Shown here: piece after piece, positions 12,791 through 25,800 of the stretch
Position numbering within the stretch: the stretch's first letter is position 1
Layout of the letters: every line of letters begins with the position of its first letter
NCBI GenBank assembly: GCA_964270895.1
Contig: OZ185439.1
Reading direction: 5' to 3' (one strand)
Length of the DNA: 64,000 nt
Origin: Podarcis filfolensis
Taxonomy: Eukaryota
Made by a program: the position numbers and the translations under genes
Notes under the pieces: model-generated
Seen by the model: only the letters and a program-made list of their open reading frames with translations
Told to the model about the DNA's origin: nothing
Databases searched by the model: none

Positions 12791-14217
12791 CATTGGAGAG
12801 TACTGCCTAATTTAAGTGAGCAAGATGAGCATGTTGAGAATGTGGCTGAGCAGAGCCGCCTAATTGTTGTATCATGACATGGATGCTTTATGGCTTGTAC
12901 AATTCAGTCTGCATTTAGTGCTCCACTGTTAGCGAATACACCCAATCATTTACCAAGTGGTAATTCATCGGTATGTGCGTGCAACCACTTTCTAAACTGG
13001 TCTTCTGTAAAATTGGTTACGTTTGGTTTGCAAGTCTCATTGATTTAAGCCAGGCTCACCCCCCAAACCGAAAGGTAACATTTGAATCTGGGCTTGCTTC
13101 CACTGAATGCATTTAGAAATGAACCACGCTGCTAGAGAAAATGTTAAGTGCTCAGATCACAAGCATATTTCTACTTTTATGCAAGATACTAGGAAATATG
13201 TTTGCACCTAATTTCTCCCAACTTTTGGAGTTCTTCACAGTCTTACTTGCAGAGAAAGGTGACTCTCTCTTTTTAAAAATAAGCTAATCTCTTGCTAGTT
13301 TATTGAAGAATTTGACCTTAAACTTAACATAAAGGAAGCTGGGAAGTAATATACAAAATGACATCCATCAGCTGTCTTTCCAGGCTTCTCCCTCCCCCCT
13401 TTCAATAATTAATCCTCAGGTTTCCATAATACATTAATGGCATCCAACACAAGAATACTTAAGCAGTTTGGATTTGGTTCAAAAGTTTGTTGAAGCAAAA
13501 AGCCTCAGAGTTTATCTATTTATTTTAAGGGAATGGAATCAAAATTACATTTGGCATGTGTGTCTAAAGTTTGCCCCTCCCCCCTTTTAAGATGCATGCT
13601 AAACCATTGTAAGTGTTAATGCTACTAATAAAACTGGTTGTTTATAATCCGAGCAGAAACTGAAAGAAATTGAGCAGAAAAGTCTAAGAATGGAATATTG
13701 TTCCAGCTAAAAATAAGAGGCTCTAAATTTAAGTCCATAATAGTCAGGATGTAGCAAATCATAAATAAATTTCAGACTGTAGTAGAGGCATTTTGTTGCG
13801 ACTGTTAGACACTATATTCATAGCTCCGAAATCATGATTTTGTTTTGTGCAATGAGGAGGTTGAGGGGAGTGTGTGTGATTCATCATTATTTTAAAGTGT
13901 GAAATTACATGTGCTTTCTGTGGTTTTAAAGCAGCACAAGCTTCTGTTGTGAAAGTCATAAACTTTCCTTAACAAAGAGGGAACAACTCCAAAGAGCGAT
14001 GTTTAGTTGAGTGCTCTGAAATGGCACTATATCAGTATGAAGAAACTTTAAAGAATGTGAGAAAACAGGTTGCCCATCTGCTTCCTCCCTAAACAAAGTA
14101 CTAGGAAGTGGAACAAAACCAGAGGAATGCATGCAGGGATAAGTCTTTGCTCCATAGCAACAGAACAATTTGGGAACGATGGGAGGAGTAACAGCAACTA
14201 CACAGAATAGCACAGAG

Positions 14218-14433
14218 TGGGGTTGCCATACGTCCCGAATTTCCTGGACGTTGCCAGGATTCGCCCTTTGAAAAGTGTCTGGGCAGAGATTGCTGAAATG
14301 CCTGGGAAATCTGGACTCATGGCAAGCCATATCAGAGGTGTAGATTTTGGCAATTTTTATTAAAAATGGCTCAAGAACTTTGGCCTAAAAAAGCTCAACA
14401 GCATTTGTGTCCAGATTGTTTCTGGCAACCCTA
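14218..14433 (-). mobile_element. TAGGGTTGCC-type element (family of the 5803 copy)
   Basis: tggggttgccatacgtcccg...catggcaagcc...aagaactttggcc..aagctcaacagc...ggcaacccta; no TSD visible. Confidence 0.6.
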
Positions 14434-17400
14434 CCCCAAAGCCATCCATGGATATCTGTGCTCCATTTTAGCATACATTTAAGGAGCAGACAGGCTTTCC
14501 CCAATGAACCCTACGGTAAGCTGGGAATCAAACGAGCAAGCATAACCTAACTGAGGGAGCCCGGGAGTAAGACGGGATCCACCGCAGATGACTGTTGTCA
14601 GCAACCTTTCTTACCAGTGCCCTCTGCAGAGTTGTGGGAGACTGTGTACCCACCAAACCATTTATGTTCACAGATTCAGGGCTTGACGAGTCGCTGCTCA
14701 CATCCACCACTAGGGAGGGAGGCTAAAGTGAGAAACTCCTGCTATGGAGGGGTGAGGCAGGACAGAAGCAAGAGAATTTCCACTGGATCTATGCCTGCTC
14801 TCTGGAGCCTATTTCTTCTGTCTGGCTCCTATAGGGATGCCCTGGGGCAGCAAGGGAGTGCAGCTCCTTCCTCCCCCTAATACTGGGATGGATTTAGATA
14901 AGGAGAGGCCCTACTCCACTTGTGAGGCCCCTCCCAACCCCCCACCCTCACGACCAGAAAAAAGGAAGAGTGTTATAAACAAAATGGAATGAAGCCAAGG
15001 ATGGTGATGGGTATTTAAAATCCTGCAATTCACAATTTCTCCTCTAAAGGACATCAGAAAACTTCATCAAAATTTGTTTACAAACATGCACAAGAACTCA
15101 ATAACAGGTCTGATTTCTGAAGGGCTTTGCTGACCTTGTGAAAATGACCTAGCACACGGATTCATATCTCTAAGATTCTGCAGATTTGGGCTGTGAACTA
15201 GGGCCCCACAAAAAAAATTCAAGTTGGGCCCTAGAGTTTCTCATTGGGCCCCACTGGCTGGCTCTGAGTCTCATAGTTGCTGGGCCTGAGTTGCCCTGCC
15301 CTTGCATGAAGTCTTCGGTTTGCAATTTGGGGACAGGGGAGATTGTCCACTGGGGGGGCAGAGGCCCCCTAGATTTAGAGGCCCTAGGCTTCAGCCTACT
15401 TAGCCTATACACTGACTGCCACAACAATCTTATTCATTACCCCAGAAAGAAAATAATGAAAAGAAACAGAATCAGTAACTGGAAAAGAAGTAGAAATGAC
15501 TTCAGAACCAAGTATGCAAATACAGACTTGCCAGGTCTTGCAAATAACTTTTTTTAACACCAGTACCTAGGCAGTCCAGATCAGGTCAGGGGACAGCGTC
15601 AAGAGGTAGAGCTCACTCAGTTTTGGGAGTCTGTCTATTCACCTGAAAACATGCAACTGGTATGTGTGTGTCTGTAGAATGATCTGTCCCCAACACACAC
15701 ACATTGAACACTGTCCCTGGTGAGTTACAAGCCCTAATGCTACATAACAGGTGTAGCTTATAGCTGTAGTTGAGAGCTCCATACCAGAATGAGTTAATAA
15801 TAATTGCATTTTTATTGACAGTTCCCATCCACTTCCTATTGTTTCCAAAATGAATACAAAACCAATCCACTACCTTCAAAAAGATCTTCCCAGACCTTCT
15901 GAGACCCCAAATTAATTATCCCAGCACTACTTTTGCATGTCTATATTTAGCGTCATTTAGTGTTTTTCTTTTTCCTTTTTTTCCTTTTTCTGTTAAATAG
16001 CCACTCTACAAAAGGGGGGGAAATTGCTCAAAGCAGTTAACACAAAGGACCAAAAAAAGAGAGAAATCCATTAAAACAGACAATGCCATCTTAAAGAGTC
16101 TTCTACCAATAATAAAAACCAGATAATAAAAATAAATGTACACATTGCAAAACACCGTTACCAAATGAGAGTATAAAGGAATATGTGGAACTAAAGAAAG
16201 AAAGCCATCTTTTGAAAAGACAGCAATTAGGCCTTCTTTTCAAAAAGAATAGAAAGTCTTGTACTAACAATTTGCAGTATGGCGCTTTCTTGGGCTCCAA
16301 ATTGAGGACACGTGATAATGCCGTCCAATTTAACAGGTGCCCTGTTTACAGTGTTATTTATGTGAGTTGCTAGCATTATCCACTATTCAGGATTCAGCAC
16401 CATTCATGAGGTGCACAGAGGTTCAACCACATCTGGGAAATGAATGTATCTTGCCCAGTGCACACCCATGTAAATGCATATGCTTGAACACTAAGGCGTG
16501 ATACAGTGTACAGCCTGCAATTCCACCTACTGCAACTCCTGAAGCATATTTTGATCTCAGGATTATGTACTGCAGAACAATGGCATTTTTCTAGCATAAT
16601 GAAGCATCGCCTTTGGGGCTTTTAAATGGCTAGTTTAAAGGCCCAAAGATGATGGTTCTTTACACCAGAAAAGAGGAGGGTGCAGAGTAAACAAAAACTA
16701 CACACTTAGAGCAGGGAAAGTACAGTCTCCGCTTCCTGTGAACACACTGCAAAAATTACAAGCTGCAAAAGAATTCGACCCTTAGATTAATTAATCGGAA
16801 GTATACCAGATAGATGGCCCACTGCAGCTTCCTTAAATGAGTGAGTGGTTCATATAGTGCTGTATCTCTTGCATCAGAGCTGTCACTGGAAATAGATTAT
16901 TCTTATCACTGGCTACAATGCTGTGTCCAGAATGATGACCTTGGAAAGTAATTTTGTTGATCAATATTTGTTGACACCGAAATTAAACAACAGTAAGTGC
17001 TTGTGGGCAAGCTGCAGAGAAAGCGAATTTCACCGCATTAAATCATATATTTATATATAATTTTCCTTTCACTCCCAACTTTTGACTGCCGCGGCCACAG
17101 AGGCACTTCGGAATTGGCTGTACGCAGCTACAATGACTAGGCAGGCAGTAATTTCTCCTTTATCTTCTACTTGTTTTCTTGTGGAGGGGTGGAGTTGTCA
17201 CTTTTTTGCTTCTGTTCGCTGGCTCTGCTCTTGTGCGGCAGGCTGGCATGCCAAAACGAAGCAAGTGAGGTGTTATTCCCCTGTCACTGTCATCTCCTGC
17301 TAAGCCCCTGCATGCCAGATGGTTGTTAAAGGCACAGAAGGAAAGTTAAGAAGTTGGAAGGCCTATTCACTTTCCTAGCACAAAGGGTACTGTTGCCCCC

Positions 17401-17627
17401 CAACACAAATCAAATCTATAAGCAGTGCAGTTTGATGGATCATCGTCAGTTAGACATAGGCTTCCCCACTGCCTAGGAAGTTTTGCTTTGGGATCTATTG
17501 CCATATAGGAAAAGCTGGGTATTTCCACATCACCACAACACAAGGCCTCAGAGTTCCTTCTTCAGGTCCCACTCAGATTCCAGATTTTGCCACCCCTTAT
17601 AATGGAAACTCTATATTGGTAGTTACA

Positions 17628-18392
17628 AATCGGGTCCTCCCTTAAAGAGGGTACGTATTGTGGTGAGACCTGGAAATGGACACCCTGTGTTGTGGGTGGG
17701 TACGATTGGTCAGCCACAACACCCGATTGGTAGGTCCCTCATAGCTGGATGCAATCTGGCCAATGGGATGCAGTCCAAACAGTTTGAGGGACCTATTTAT
17801 GCCCATGCACATGACCCAGAGCTTCCTCTTTCGGCACGTGCATCGGAACACCCACCCACCTCTCCCTATTTTTAGGGCTTTGCGCTTGACCTTGCTATGC
17901 CATCGTGTGTCATCTGTCATTGGGACAGGGGCACGGCAGGAATTTTCCCCACTTGGCTGATTGGCTCTTGCCATTTGGATTTTGCCTGCTGTGTAGCAAA
18001 TCGTCACAACTTGTAAGGTTGTGGATAGGCTCTGGTTCAGGTGATAGGGATGGGAGAACCCTCTCGCCATCCCTATGTAAAGGGTATTCTGTTAAAGGAA
18101 TCCAGGCACTCGAGAGGGAGTTGTGCCTGTGCCTGAGTCCAGGGGGACATGGCGGAGATACCCTGCTCCCAGCTTTCCACTTATCCAGGTGCTCACCCTT
18201 GGCTGACCTATGCTGGAACCCTGGGTCAGTGCTACCTGCATGGCAGGGAGCTAGTCGAACCAGAGCCTGTGCAACCACTCATGTGCTGTAATCAATAAAG
18301 TTGTGGCCTAAATTCTGCCAAAAACCAAAACCAAAATTTGAGTCAAGTGTGAATTTATTTAGGGGGGAGGTTTCTGGGTCTGAAGACGCAAC
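17628..18392 (+). mobile_element. Unclassified LTR-like repeat, copy 1 (about 765 bp)
   Basis: Shares several blocks with 23181-23965: aatcgg-hairpin-acgt, ccttgctatg, aggaatttt.cca.ttggc, agcaa.tcgtcacaactt, tgtaa.caataaagttgtggcctaaatt. No TSD. Confidence 0.7.
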
Positions 18393-19117
18393 TGACTCCC
18401 TCAGGAATCAGACACCCTACAATAACCATGTCACCTTGGTCAGGCTCTCTCCAGATGTTTCTGACTGGGCAGCCGCTGTTGTGTTGTCTCCTTCCGTTCT
18501 CTAACTGGCACTGCATAACAAACAGGGCTTTTTTCACAAGGAACTCGTTGAAACTCAGGTGGGTGCCATTGCCATTATAAGAGAACAAGAGAGGCATTCA
18601 TGGTGAGTTCTGGCACCTCTTTTTCCAGAATAATAGCACTGATAAGAAGTACGCTTGATGCTTCACTCTCAGCCTCTCCAGCCTTCATCCTGATTTGCTT
18701 ACACAAAGCTTATGCAGAGGATAGATTACATTGAACCTCTTTCTTGAGCATTCATTTGGATTTGTTCATGGGGTGGTTATCCAAAAACAAGCATTTGTCC
18801 TGCAGTCACCCCAACTTGCTCGTGGGGTGTTTCTCCACACTTTCCCCCCTCACTTTCCAAACTCCAATTCTTTTTCAAAGCTGTGTTTAAAAGTTGTGTT
18901 TGAGCAGCTGAATCGTTCAACCTGCATTAATTTTGCAAACCTGCACTTCCAGTCAGTGTGTGCTGGAATTGCTCTCCCCAAATAATGGCAGTCTGGAGGC
19001 ACCCTCTGCTCAGGTGTGGCACAATCTTCACTGCCACACTTTCCATTGAATGGGGAAATATCATAAGTCAAGAGCCAGAAGTGATATTTAGGTGGCAAGC
19101 ACACTTGTTGATCATTG

Positions 19118-19701
19118 TTCAGCCTGGACACTGAGATCCAATGCCGAGGGCCTTCTGGCGGTTCTCTCATTGTGAGAAGTGAGGTTAAAGTGAGGTTACG
19201 CCAGTTAGAGAGCCAGTGTGGTGTAGTGGTTAAGAGCGGTGGACTCGTAATCTGGTGAACTGGGTTCGCTTCCCCGCTCCTCCACATGCAGCTGCTGGGT
19301 GACCTTGGGCTATTCACACTTCTCTGAAGTCTCTCAGCCTCACTCACCTCACAGAGTGTTTGTTGTGGGAGAGGAAGGGAGAAGGAGATTGTTAGCCGCT
19401 TTGAGACTCCTTGGGGTAGTGATAAAGCAGAATATCAAATCCAAACTCTTACAGGGAACCAGACAGAGGGCCTTCTTGGTAGTGGCACCCACCCTGTGGA
19501 ACACTCTCCCTTCAGACGTGAAGGAAATAAGCAGCTATCCTATCTTTAAAAGACATCTGAAGGCAGCCCTGTTTAGGGAAGTTTTTAATATGTAATGCTG
19601 TATTGTTTTTAACACTTAATTGGGAGCCACCCAGAGTGGCTTGGGAAACTCAGCAAGATGGGTGGGGTATAAATAATAAATTATTATTATTATTATTATT
19701 A
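19118..19701 (+). mobile_element. L2 LINE 3' fragment, interrupted by a SINE
   Basis: cactgagatcc...gagggccttctggcggttc, then agggaaccagacagagggcc...agacatctgaaggcagccctgtttagggaag...gggtataaataataaa(TTA)n; same 3' end as the copies at 7875, 25187 and 44762. Confidence 0.8.
19208..19450 (+). mobile_element. tRNA-derived CORE-type SINE (Squam3-like), nested in an L2 fragment
   Basis: A box tggtgtagtgg, B box ggttcgcttcc, CORE-like gctgggtgaccttgggc, ends atcaaatccaaactctt. L2 sequence resumes on both sides. Confidence 0.75.
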
Positions 19702-21015
19702 TTAGTGGCAATATTGTCATTTATTTTATTTTATTTTTAAAATGTGCCTCCTCCAAAACTGACCTTGCTTGTGTTGCAGTAACCTGATATTCAGAAATTT
19801 AACAACCAGAGCTTTTCCCATCACTTGCCTCCATGCCAGATAAAGCTTCAGCTGCTTAATTTCTGGATATTAAAGTTACTGGAGCAGGGGCAACAAAAAT
19901 GACTTCAACCCTAAGCCTGAATCTCAGCCTCCACCAGAGTTTGAGCCTTGTCTATCCCACCCACCCTTCCAGCCAGACTTTGCAGGTTTGGTGTGAATAG
20001 CCAAACGCTCCTTTACTTCTGCAGTAGTGTTGACTGCTTGAGAAGCAATATGCTAGGAAGCTGCCTACCAGCTGCTGGCAATTAAGGCAGTTAAGTAAAG
20101 AAAGCTGGTGAGCTGGTAAGGCAGCGATAAAGCAGGGCTAGCAGATCAGCTCAGCTGGATAAGTGGGTGCTTATGCTGGAGCAGCAAAATCAGAAGCACC
20201 TGCTGGAATAAAGCTAAATTACCCCAGCCAGTGCAGTCTGTTGTCGCTGTACGCATAATTTTCGCTTATATAAAGATAATTGTAAAACGGAGGGCGGGGA
20301 TCTGCTCCATGTCACAGGCTATGGCTTGTTCTTCCTTGGGCCATTTGAGCAGCAGTGAGAGGATCCCAACCTGATGGAAGGAAAGGAAAATGTATGCCAG
20401 GGCTTTTAAAAATGTGGCTCTTTTGTAAGTTTGCAAAGGATGCTGTCGATTTCTGTCTTTTATTATTATTACACCCTCTCATGGATGGGTAGAAGGGCTT
20501 ATCAGCAAGTAATGCAAGCAACACTTCCTGAAATTCCCTTTTCTGCACAACTGTTAAAGGGGCAGGGGGCACTGTCAATGGTCACATCTGACCACGCTAA
20601 TTTCTAGTGGGGTAAGAAAATGGGGTACCATTCCATTGGTCTTTAAAAGTCCTTTTCTTTGGCCCTTCCAGACAACCTATTAAAATTTTAATGTATATTT
20701 ATTAACAAGACTATAGAGAGGTGTTTAATACAGTGTGATGCAACAAAGCACAATTGTATTTAATACTGTACAAATTCTATACAAAATAGTTTGCTACTTA
20801 TAATTCTGTTCTCAATTATTTAAATACATTTACACATTCCTTCAAATCCTAAAAGATAAACAACATCATTTTCTGTGTTGTTTACTATTTAATCTACTCT
20901 CTGTACTCTTAGACTTCCTCAGGCAGAGAATATGGATTCACTGGGTCTTGAACTTCATTGCTGCAATGTATAATAAACTCCAATTTTCTGCAGAAAACAT
21001 TTTCTCATTGCCAAC

Positions 21016-21726
21016 TAGGATTGCCATACATCCAGGGAAACCCAGACATGTCCTCTTTTGGGGAGCCAACGTGCCCATCTGGGCAGATTTTTACAATTTA
21101 AAGGAAATGTCTGGGTTTTGGGGGCTCGAGCGGCTTGGGCTGATCTGCATGTTGGTGTGCAAGCCCCCTCCATAGAGGCTGGCCCCTCTCACTGTCCTCG
21201 GAGCTTGCTTACCGGTAACCTCCTCTGGCTGATATCCAGACAGACCAGGGAGATTTTGATAGGCGACATTTTCCCAAGAGTGGGTAAAATGCACAACCCC
21301 TCCCTCCTGCTTCCTCAGGGGAAAGAAAATAAGTCAGAAATCTATTTACATTATGTTTATTTCTGACATTACAGCACTAGAGAAAAACACGTCCTTTCAG
21401 TTCAGTTCTTCTAGCAAGTCTGACAAACTTCCTGAACATGCGCACACAGAAGGTTTCAAGTTACACTCTTCACAAAGACTTATCCAGCCTGTGAACGTCC
21501 TGGGAAATTCTTCTTTCCCACAGATAGGCGCATCATGTGATGTCAACAAACTGGCTGTCTGCAGGGGTGATGTTTCCATATACTGACACTGCATGCCATG
21601 ACTGTTGCCAGCCTGAGTCGGGGAAAGAGGCACATGGGCATGGCCCCATGTCCCTCTTTTCCAGGCTCAGATTGTCAGCAGCTCAGGCTGTCCTCTTTTT
21701 TTGCTCTTCAAGATATGGCAAACCAA
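21016..21726 (+). mobile_element. Longer copy of the same TAGGGTTGCC hAT family
   Basis: Both ends align with the 47378 copy (gccatacatcc..ggaaacc..gacatgt; ctcaggctgtcct...caagat..ggcaa..c); degenerate TSD ttgccaac versus atgccaat. Confidence 0.7.
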
Positions 21727-23180
21727 TATGCCAATGCTATCTCACTTTAACCATATTTGTTAACTTGATTCTATATGCCATATCCCAGACTATAGCTAGC
21801 CTAAAGATAGGGGGGTTGTGTCAGGTTAGTCATATTGATTTGTATGTTGGGGGGGGGGCGCACAATAGGTCTTGTTGTGCTGTATATGTGATAAAGGGGA
21901 ACCTTCCTCACACTGCTACATTTTTCTGGTTCCCTGAATAATCTTATCTTACTTTTCACAATATAGTTCACCCAGTCTGGTGCTATATTAAAAGCAGTTG
22001 CCAAAGCACAAATTTCACATGAATGCACAACATAATGCACTTTCTATAGTTTTGTTTCTGCTTCATGCCGATCAGGAATAAATACAAACATACCTCTGTC
22101 ATGATTATCTGATTACTAGACAAGTTTGGTAGAGATTTGTAACTCTTTACCTAGAAAATGGAGGTAAGAGTTATTCCACAAAAGGTTAAGGTACTCCCAG
22201 ACTTCCAAGAAAGCTGAAATATAGTGCAAACACAGCTGACAACACTGATTATTAGCAATATCTGTAAAGGGAGATTATTCAACATAAACGTCAAAAATTA
22301 GGGCACAATGTTTATATCATTATAGAGGCCAATATTCTAGTGCTGAGCAAACCTAGCAATGCATGATGCGATATTGTGCCAGGATGTGCCTATTTCATTA
22401 CCATTGCAGGCTTGGATTTGGGGAATAGGGCACATTTAGATAGGTAAATAAGCTTGTATCCTGCAAGCACATAAATAGGTCCCTATCTGTAGTGTCACAT
22501 TACGGAAGAGAATTGTTATCACAGGGACATAGTGTGTTGCCATCAATTTTCCCTTGATGCCTCAGTATAAGGCCTAAGGCCTGGATCTAGCATTGCTTTA
22601 TAACTACAATCCATGCTTGTGTGAGTTAATATGCATCTGTATATCCAGCTTTTATTCAGTAGAAAACATTAGAATGTCACATGGCTAATTAAGTCCAAGG
22701 AGTAATATGCTAGCAATTAGGATCAAAGGCTGAAACTAGATAAGGCAACGGACTGGCACACACTGTTGTCTTTAGTTCAAAGCAGTGGTGTAGCGTGGGT
22801 TGCCAGCACCCGGGGCCGTTGTCAGCATCTACATCACCCATGAGATTGCAGCCGCAGAGAAAAGAAGAGTCATTCCATTGTTTGGAGAGGCTACTTGCTG
22901 GTTTGCATGGAGAACATGTTTTCAATGCGTCCCAACAACAAAAACACACAGCTGTACTGAGGCAGCACTAGTGTTAAAATTTTGCAACCCTAACAATTTT
23001 GCACCAAGGGCAATTGTCCCTGTGCACCCCCACACTACGCCACTGGTTCAAAACCATAAGAATATATTCTGTAGATTTCTTTTCTTCCTCAGAAATGCAT
23101 AAGGAATGTTGGGGCTAATAATGTATACCCAGGTGGGTGTGAGTAATAAGCCAATCAGTCCTCTCTAGCATAAGACAATA

Positions 23181-23965
23181 AATCGGCTCCACCTCTTAGT
23201 GGGGACGTGTTGCGGGTAAGCCGTCAAGCCTCCCCTCTCAGCGTGGGGGGCGGGACTGCGTCCCGACTTACACTGGGGAGGCCCGGCCATGCCAGGTAGC
23301 CTAGCGGCCAATCAAGCGGCTTGGGGGCGTGCCCAGGGCCAATTCAAACCACGGCGCGATGCTGAATTGCCCCTTTTCAGCCTCACACTGTGGATCTCCC
23401 GTCCTCTCACCCTTTGTTCAGGTTGCGTCATTTGGCCTTGCTATGGACTTTGGTGGGTCACCATTGAGGGGCCTGGTAGGAATTTTTCCACTTGGCAAAT
23501 TGGCACTGGCCACTTGGTTTACACCTACCTCGTAGCAATCGTCACAACTTTGTAATGTTTGACGGTTAGGCATTGGAATAGCAATGTGTGGGGGAGGGGA
23601 GGAGCGGCCATCACCTGCCCCTCCATCATATCTTATCATATCTTAAAGGAATCTGGTGGTGTGGATCTCGTCCAAAGCCTGGGGAGGGGCTAGGGCCATG
23701 CCACGACCCCAGCGGGAACCCAGGGGATGCTCAAGTCAATCCACACCAGCGGGGCTCCCCTACTGGTGGTTTACCCTTACCAGACTCCCTGCAAGGCGAG
23801 CAGGAGTCAAATGTAGTCTGTGGATGCCAATGCCTAAGCCAATACTGCTTACATTCTGTAACCAATAAAGTTGTGGCCTAAATTTTGCCCATTAACATTT
23901 ACTTAATATTCTGTGTCCTTGTGTCTTTATTCTCGTGGGGGTGGCTTGGGACTTTGACACACAAT
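23181..23965 (+). mobile_element. Unclassified LTR-like repeat, copy 2 (about 785 bp)
   Basis: Same shared blocks as copy 1; CCAAT, GC boxes and AATAAA; begins AATCGG and ends CACAAT. Confidence 0.7.
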
Positions 23966-25136
23966 ACAAATATGCAGGCTGAAGGCACTGTCTTTAGAAA
24001 TCCAGGATTTCATCCAGCCACAGCTATGAGGGGCTCTGTCCACTGTCGTATCTAAGAGTTCTGACATCAGCCACTACACCATTTATTCTGTCTCTTTTAG
24101 TTGTGCCTGGGTGTGTAGTAATATGCTTTATGTGTCCACTGAAGCTTTGCTTAGATGCAACTGTGCCGTGATGCATTTATACTTGCTATGCGTCAATAAA
24201 GCTTGCAATCCCCCACTCTTGAGCATGTTTATGCCTTGCATCCATAAAAGAACCTGTGGTCTTGGCAAACCACCTGGCCTTGGCAGAACACTATCTTCAG
24301 CTACTAATACCTGCAAATCGAGCTGCTGTTAAAGGAACAGCTTCAGGGACTAGCCAGAAAGTTAGTAACACCCAGAGACTGAAAAAAGCAGTTGCTGACC
24401 TATTTTTGATAGGAACTCTGACCGGAATTACTAGCTTTATGCAAGGGCTGCCATGAATGCATGTGTTTATTCATTTCCTACAAAGCACTTAGCTCTACTC
24501 TCCCTTTTTGCCCCTCCATTGCGATGCCAACCCCTGTCCTTCCTTTTTGTCTGTACCTCTGCAGAGCTCCTTGTAGCCTTCAACTCCATGACATGATGTG
24601 CTGTTTTTCAGAACGCTGTCTTTGTAAAAGAATGTCATCGAGATCCATCAGAGCTAATTTAATCCCATCAAGGTCATTATCGGAGGCATTTTTGAAAGCT
24701 TTTCTTTTCATCGGAGCTGGCTCTATTTATAGTCTATCTTCAGATTTCGCTTTCAATAAGAATGTTAAGAATTGCCTGACTGGATCAGACTAAAGGTCTG
24801 TTTAGTCCAGAGCTCTGTCTCCCAGCAGGGACCGTCCAGGTTCCCCTGGGAAGCAGACAAACAAGATATGATGGAGACAGCTCTTCCCAGGAGCTCTGCC
24901 CCTACCCCAGCACCTGGAAATTAGTGGGATCCTGTGGAACAGCTGATGCTTATGCAGCAAAATGACACCATCTATGCACAAGCAGGATGTATCAGCAGCC
25001 TTGGGGAAACCCCAACAGTTTGCAAAAGTACCAAAAGATTAGGAGGGAAATCCAAGGCCCCTCATCATAAGAAACCAGTCCAATTATGAATTATGCCATA
25101 GAATACTGAGTCTCTGTTGAGGGTGGGGATAGAAAT

Positions 25137-25138
<2 letters not shown>

Positions 25139-25174
<36 letters not shown>
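25139..25174. repeat. (GT)n microsatellite
   Basis: Seen directly. Confidence 0.98.
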
Positions 25175-25177
<3 letters not shown>

Positions 25178-25186
25178 TGTGATCAA

Positions 25187-25234
25187 AGTCGCCCAGAGTG
25201 GCTGGGGAATCCCAGCCAGATGGGCAGGGTATAA

Positions 25235-25273
<39 letters not shown>
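25187..25273 (+). mobile_element. Short L2 3' end with (ATT)n tail
   Basis: gtcgcccagagtggctggggaatcccagccagatgggcagggtataa(ATT)n. Confidence 0.8.
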
Positions 25274-25276
<3 letters not shown>

Positions 25277-25329
25277 AATTTTATTATTCCTATAAGAAAG
25301 CATGGCTGCAATCCTGAACAGGATTGTTC

Positions 25330-25800
25330 CATCTGCAGTGTTTTGTGTAAGGCTCATAGCTATATATTGATTTCTCCTCATGAATTTGTTCAATTCACAT
25401 CTAAAGTCACCGAAGTTGGCGGTCATTACTCCCATCTTGTGGTAATGAATTCAAAGTCTGTGGTGTGCAGAAGTACTTCCTTTTCTTTGTCCCGAACCTA
25501 CTACTAGTCATTTCCATTCAGTGGCTTTGAATTTTAGTGCTTTAGAAGACAGAAAATAATGTCTCTCTATTCACACTCTCCACATCGTTGATAATTGATG
25601 TCTGTCCTGTTCTACCCACTCATATTAATCTTTTAAAAAAGCCCACCTCTCTAGTGACTCCCGCCCCCTTTTTTTGGTAGGGAAAATGTTCTCTCCCCTT
25701 CATCATTTTAGAATATACACATTCTACAACTCTGGGATATCCCTTCTGAAATGGAGCTAGCAGAACTGCCTCAAAATATCCTTAATATGGGAGTGCACCT
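25330..25800 (-). mobile_element. Old CR1-type LINE fragment
   Basis: catgaatttgttcaattc...ggtcattactcccatcttgtggtaatgaattc...gtgcagaagtacttccttttctttgtcc; shares this block with 5150-5420 and 58420-58610. Confidence 0.6.

Noticed and set aside
17822-17852. Hammerhead-ribozyme-like CCGATGC...CGAAA on the minus strand (also GGATGAG...CGAAAC near 26790-26820)
   Set aside because: The CUGANGA core has two mismatches in each case and no convincing stems I/III are present.
17642-18291. Overlapping 120-140 aa ORFs in the unclassified repeat
   Set aside because: Not shared with the second copy at 23181; consistent with GC-rich non-coding DNA.
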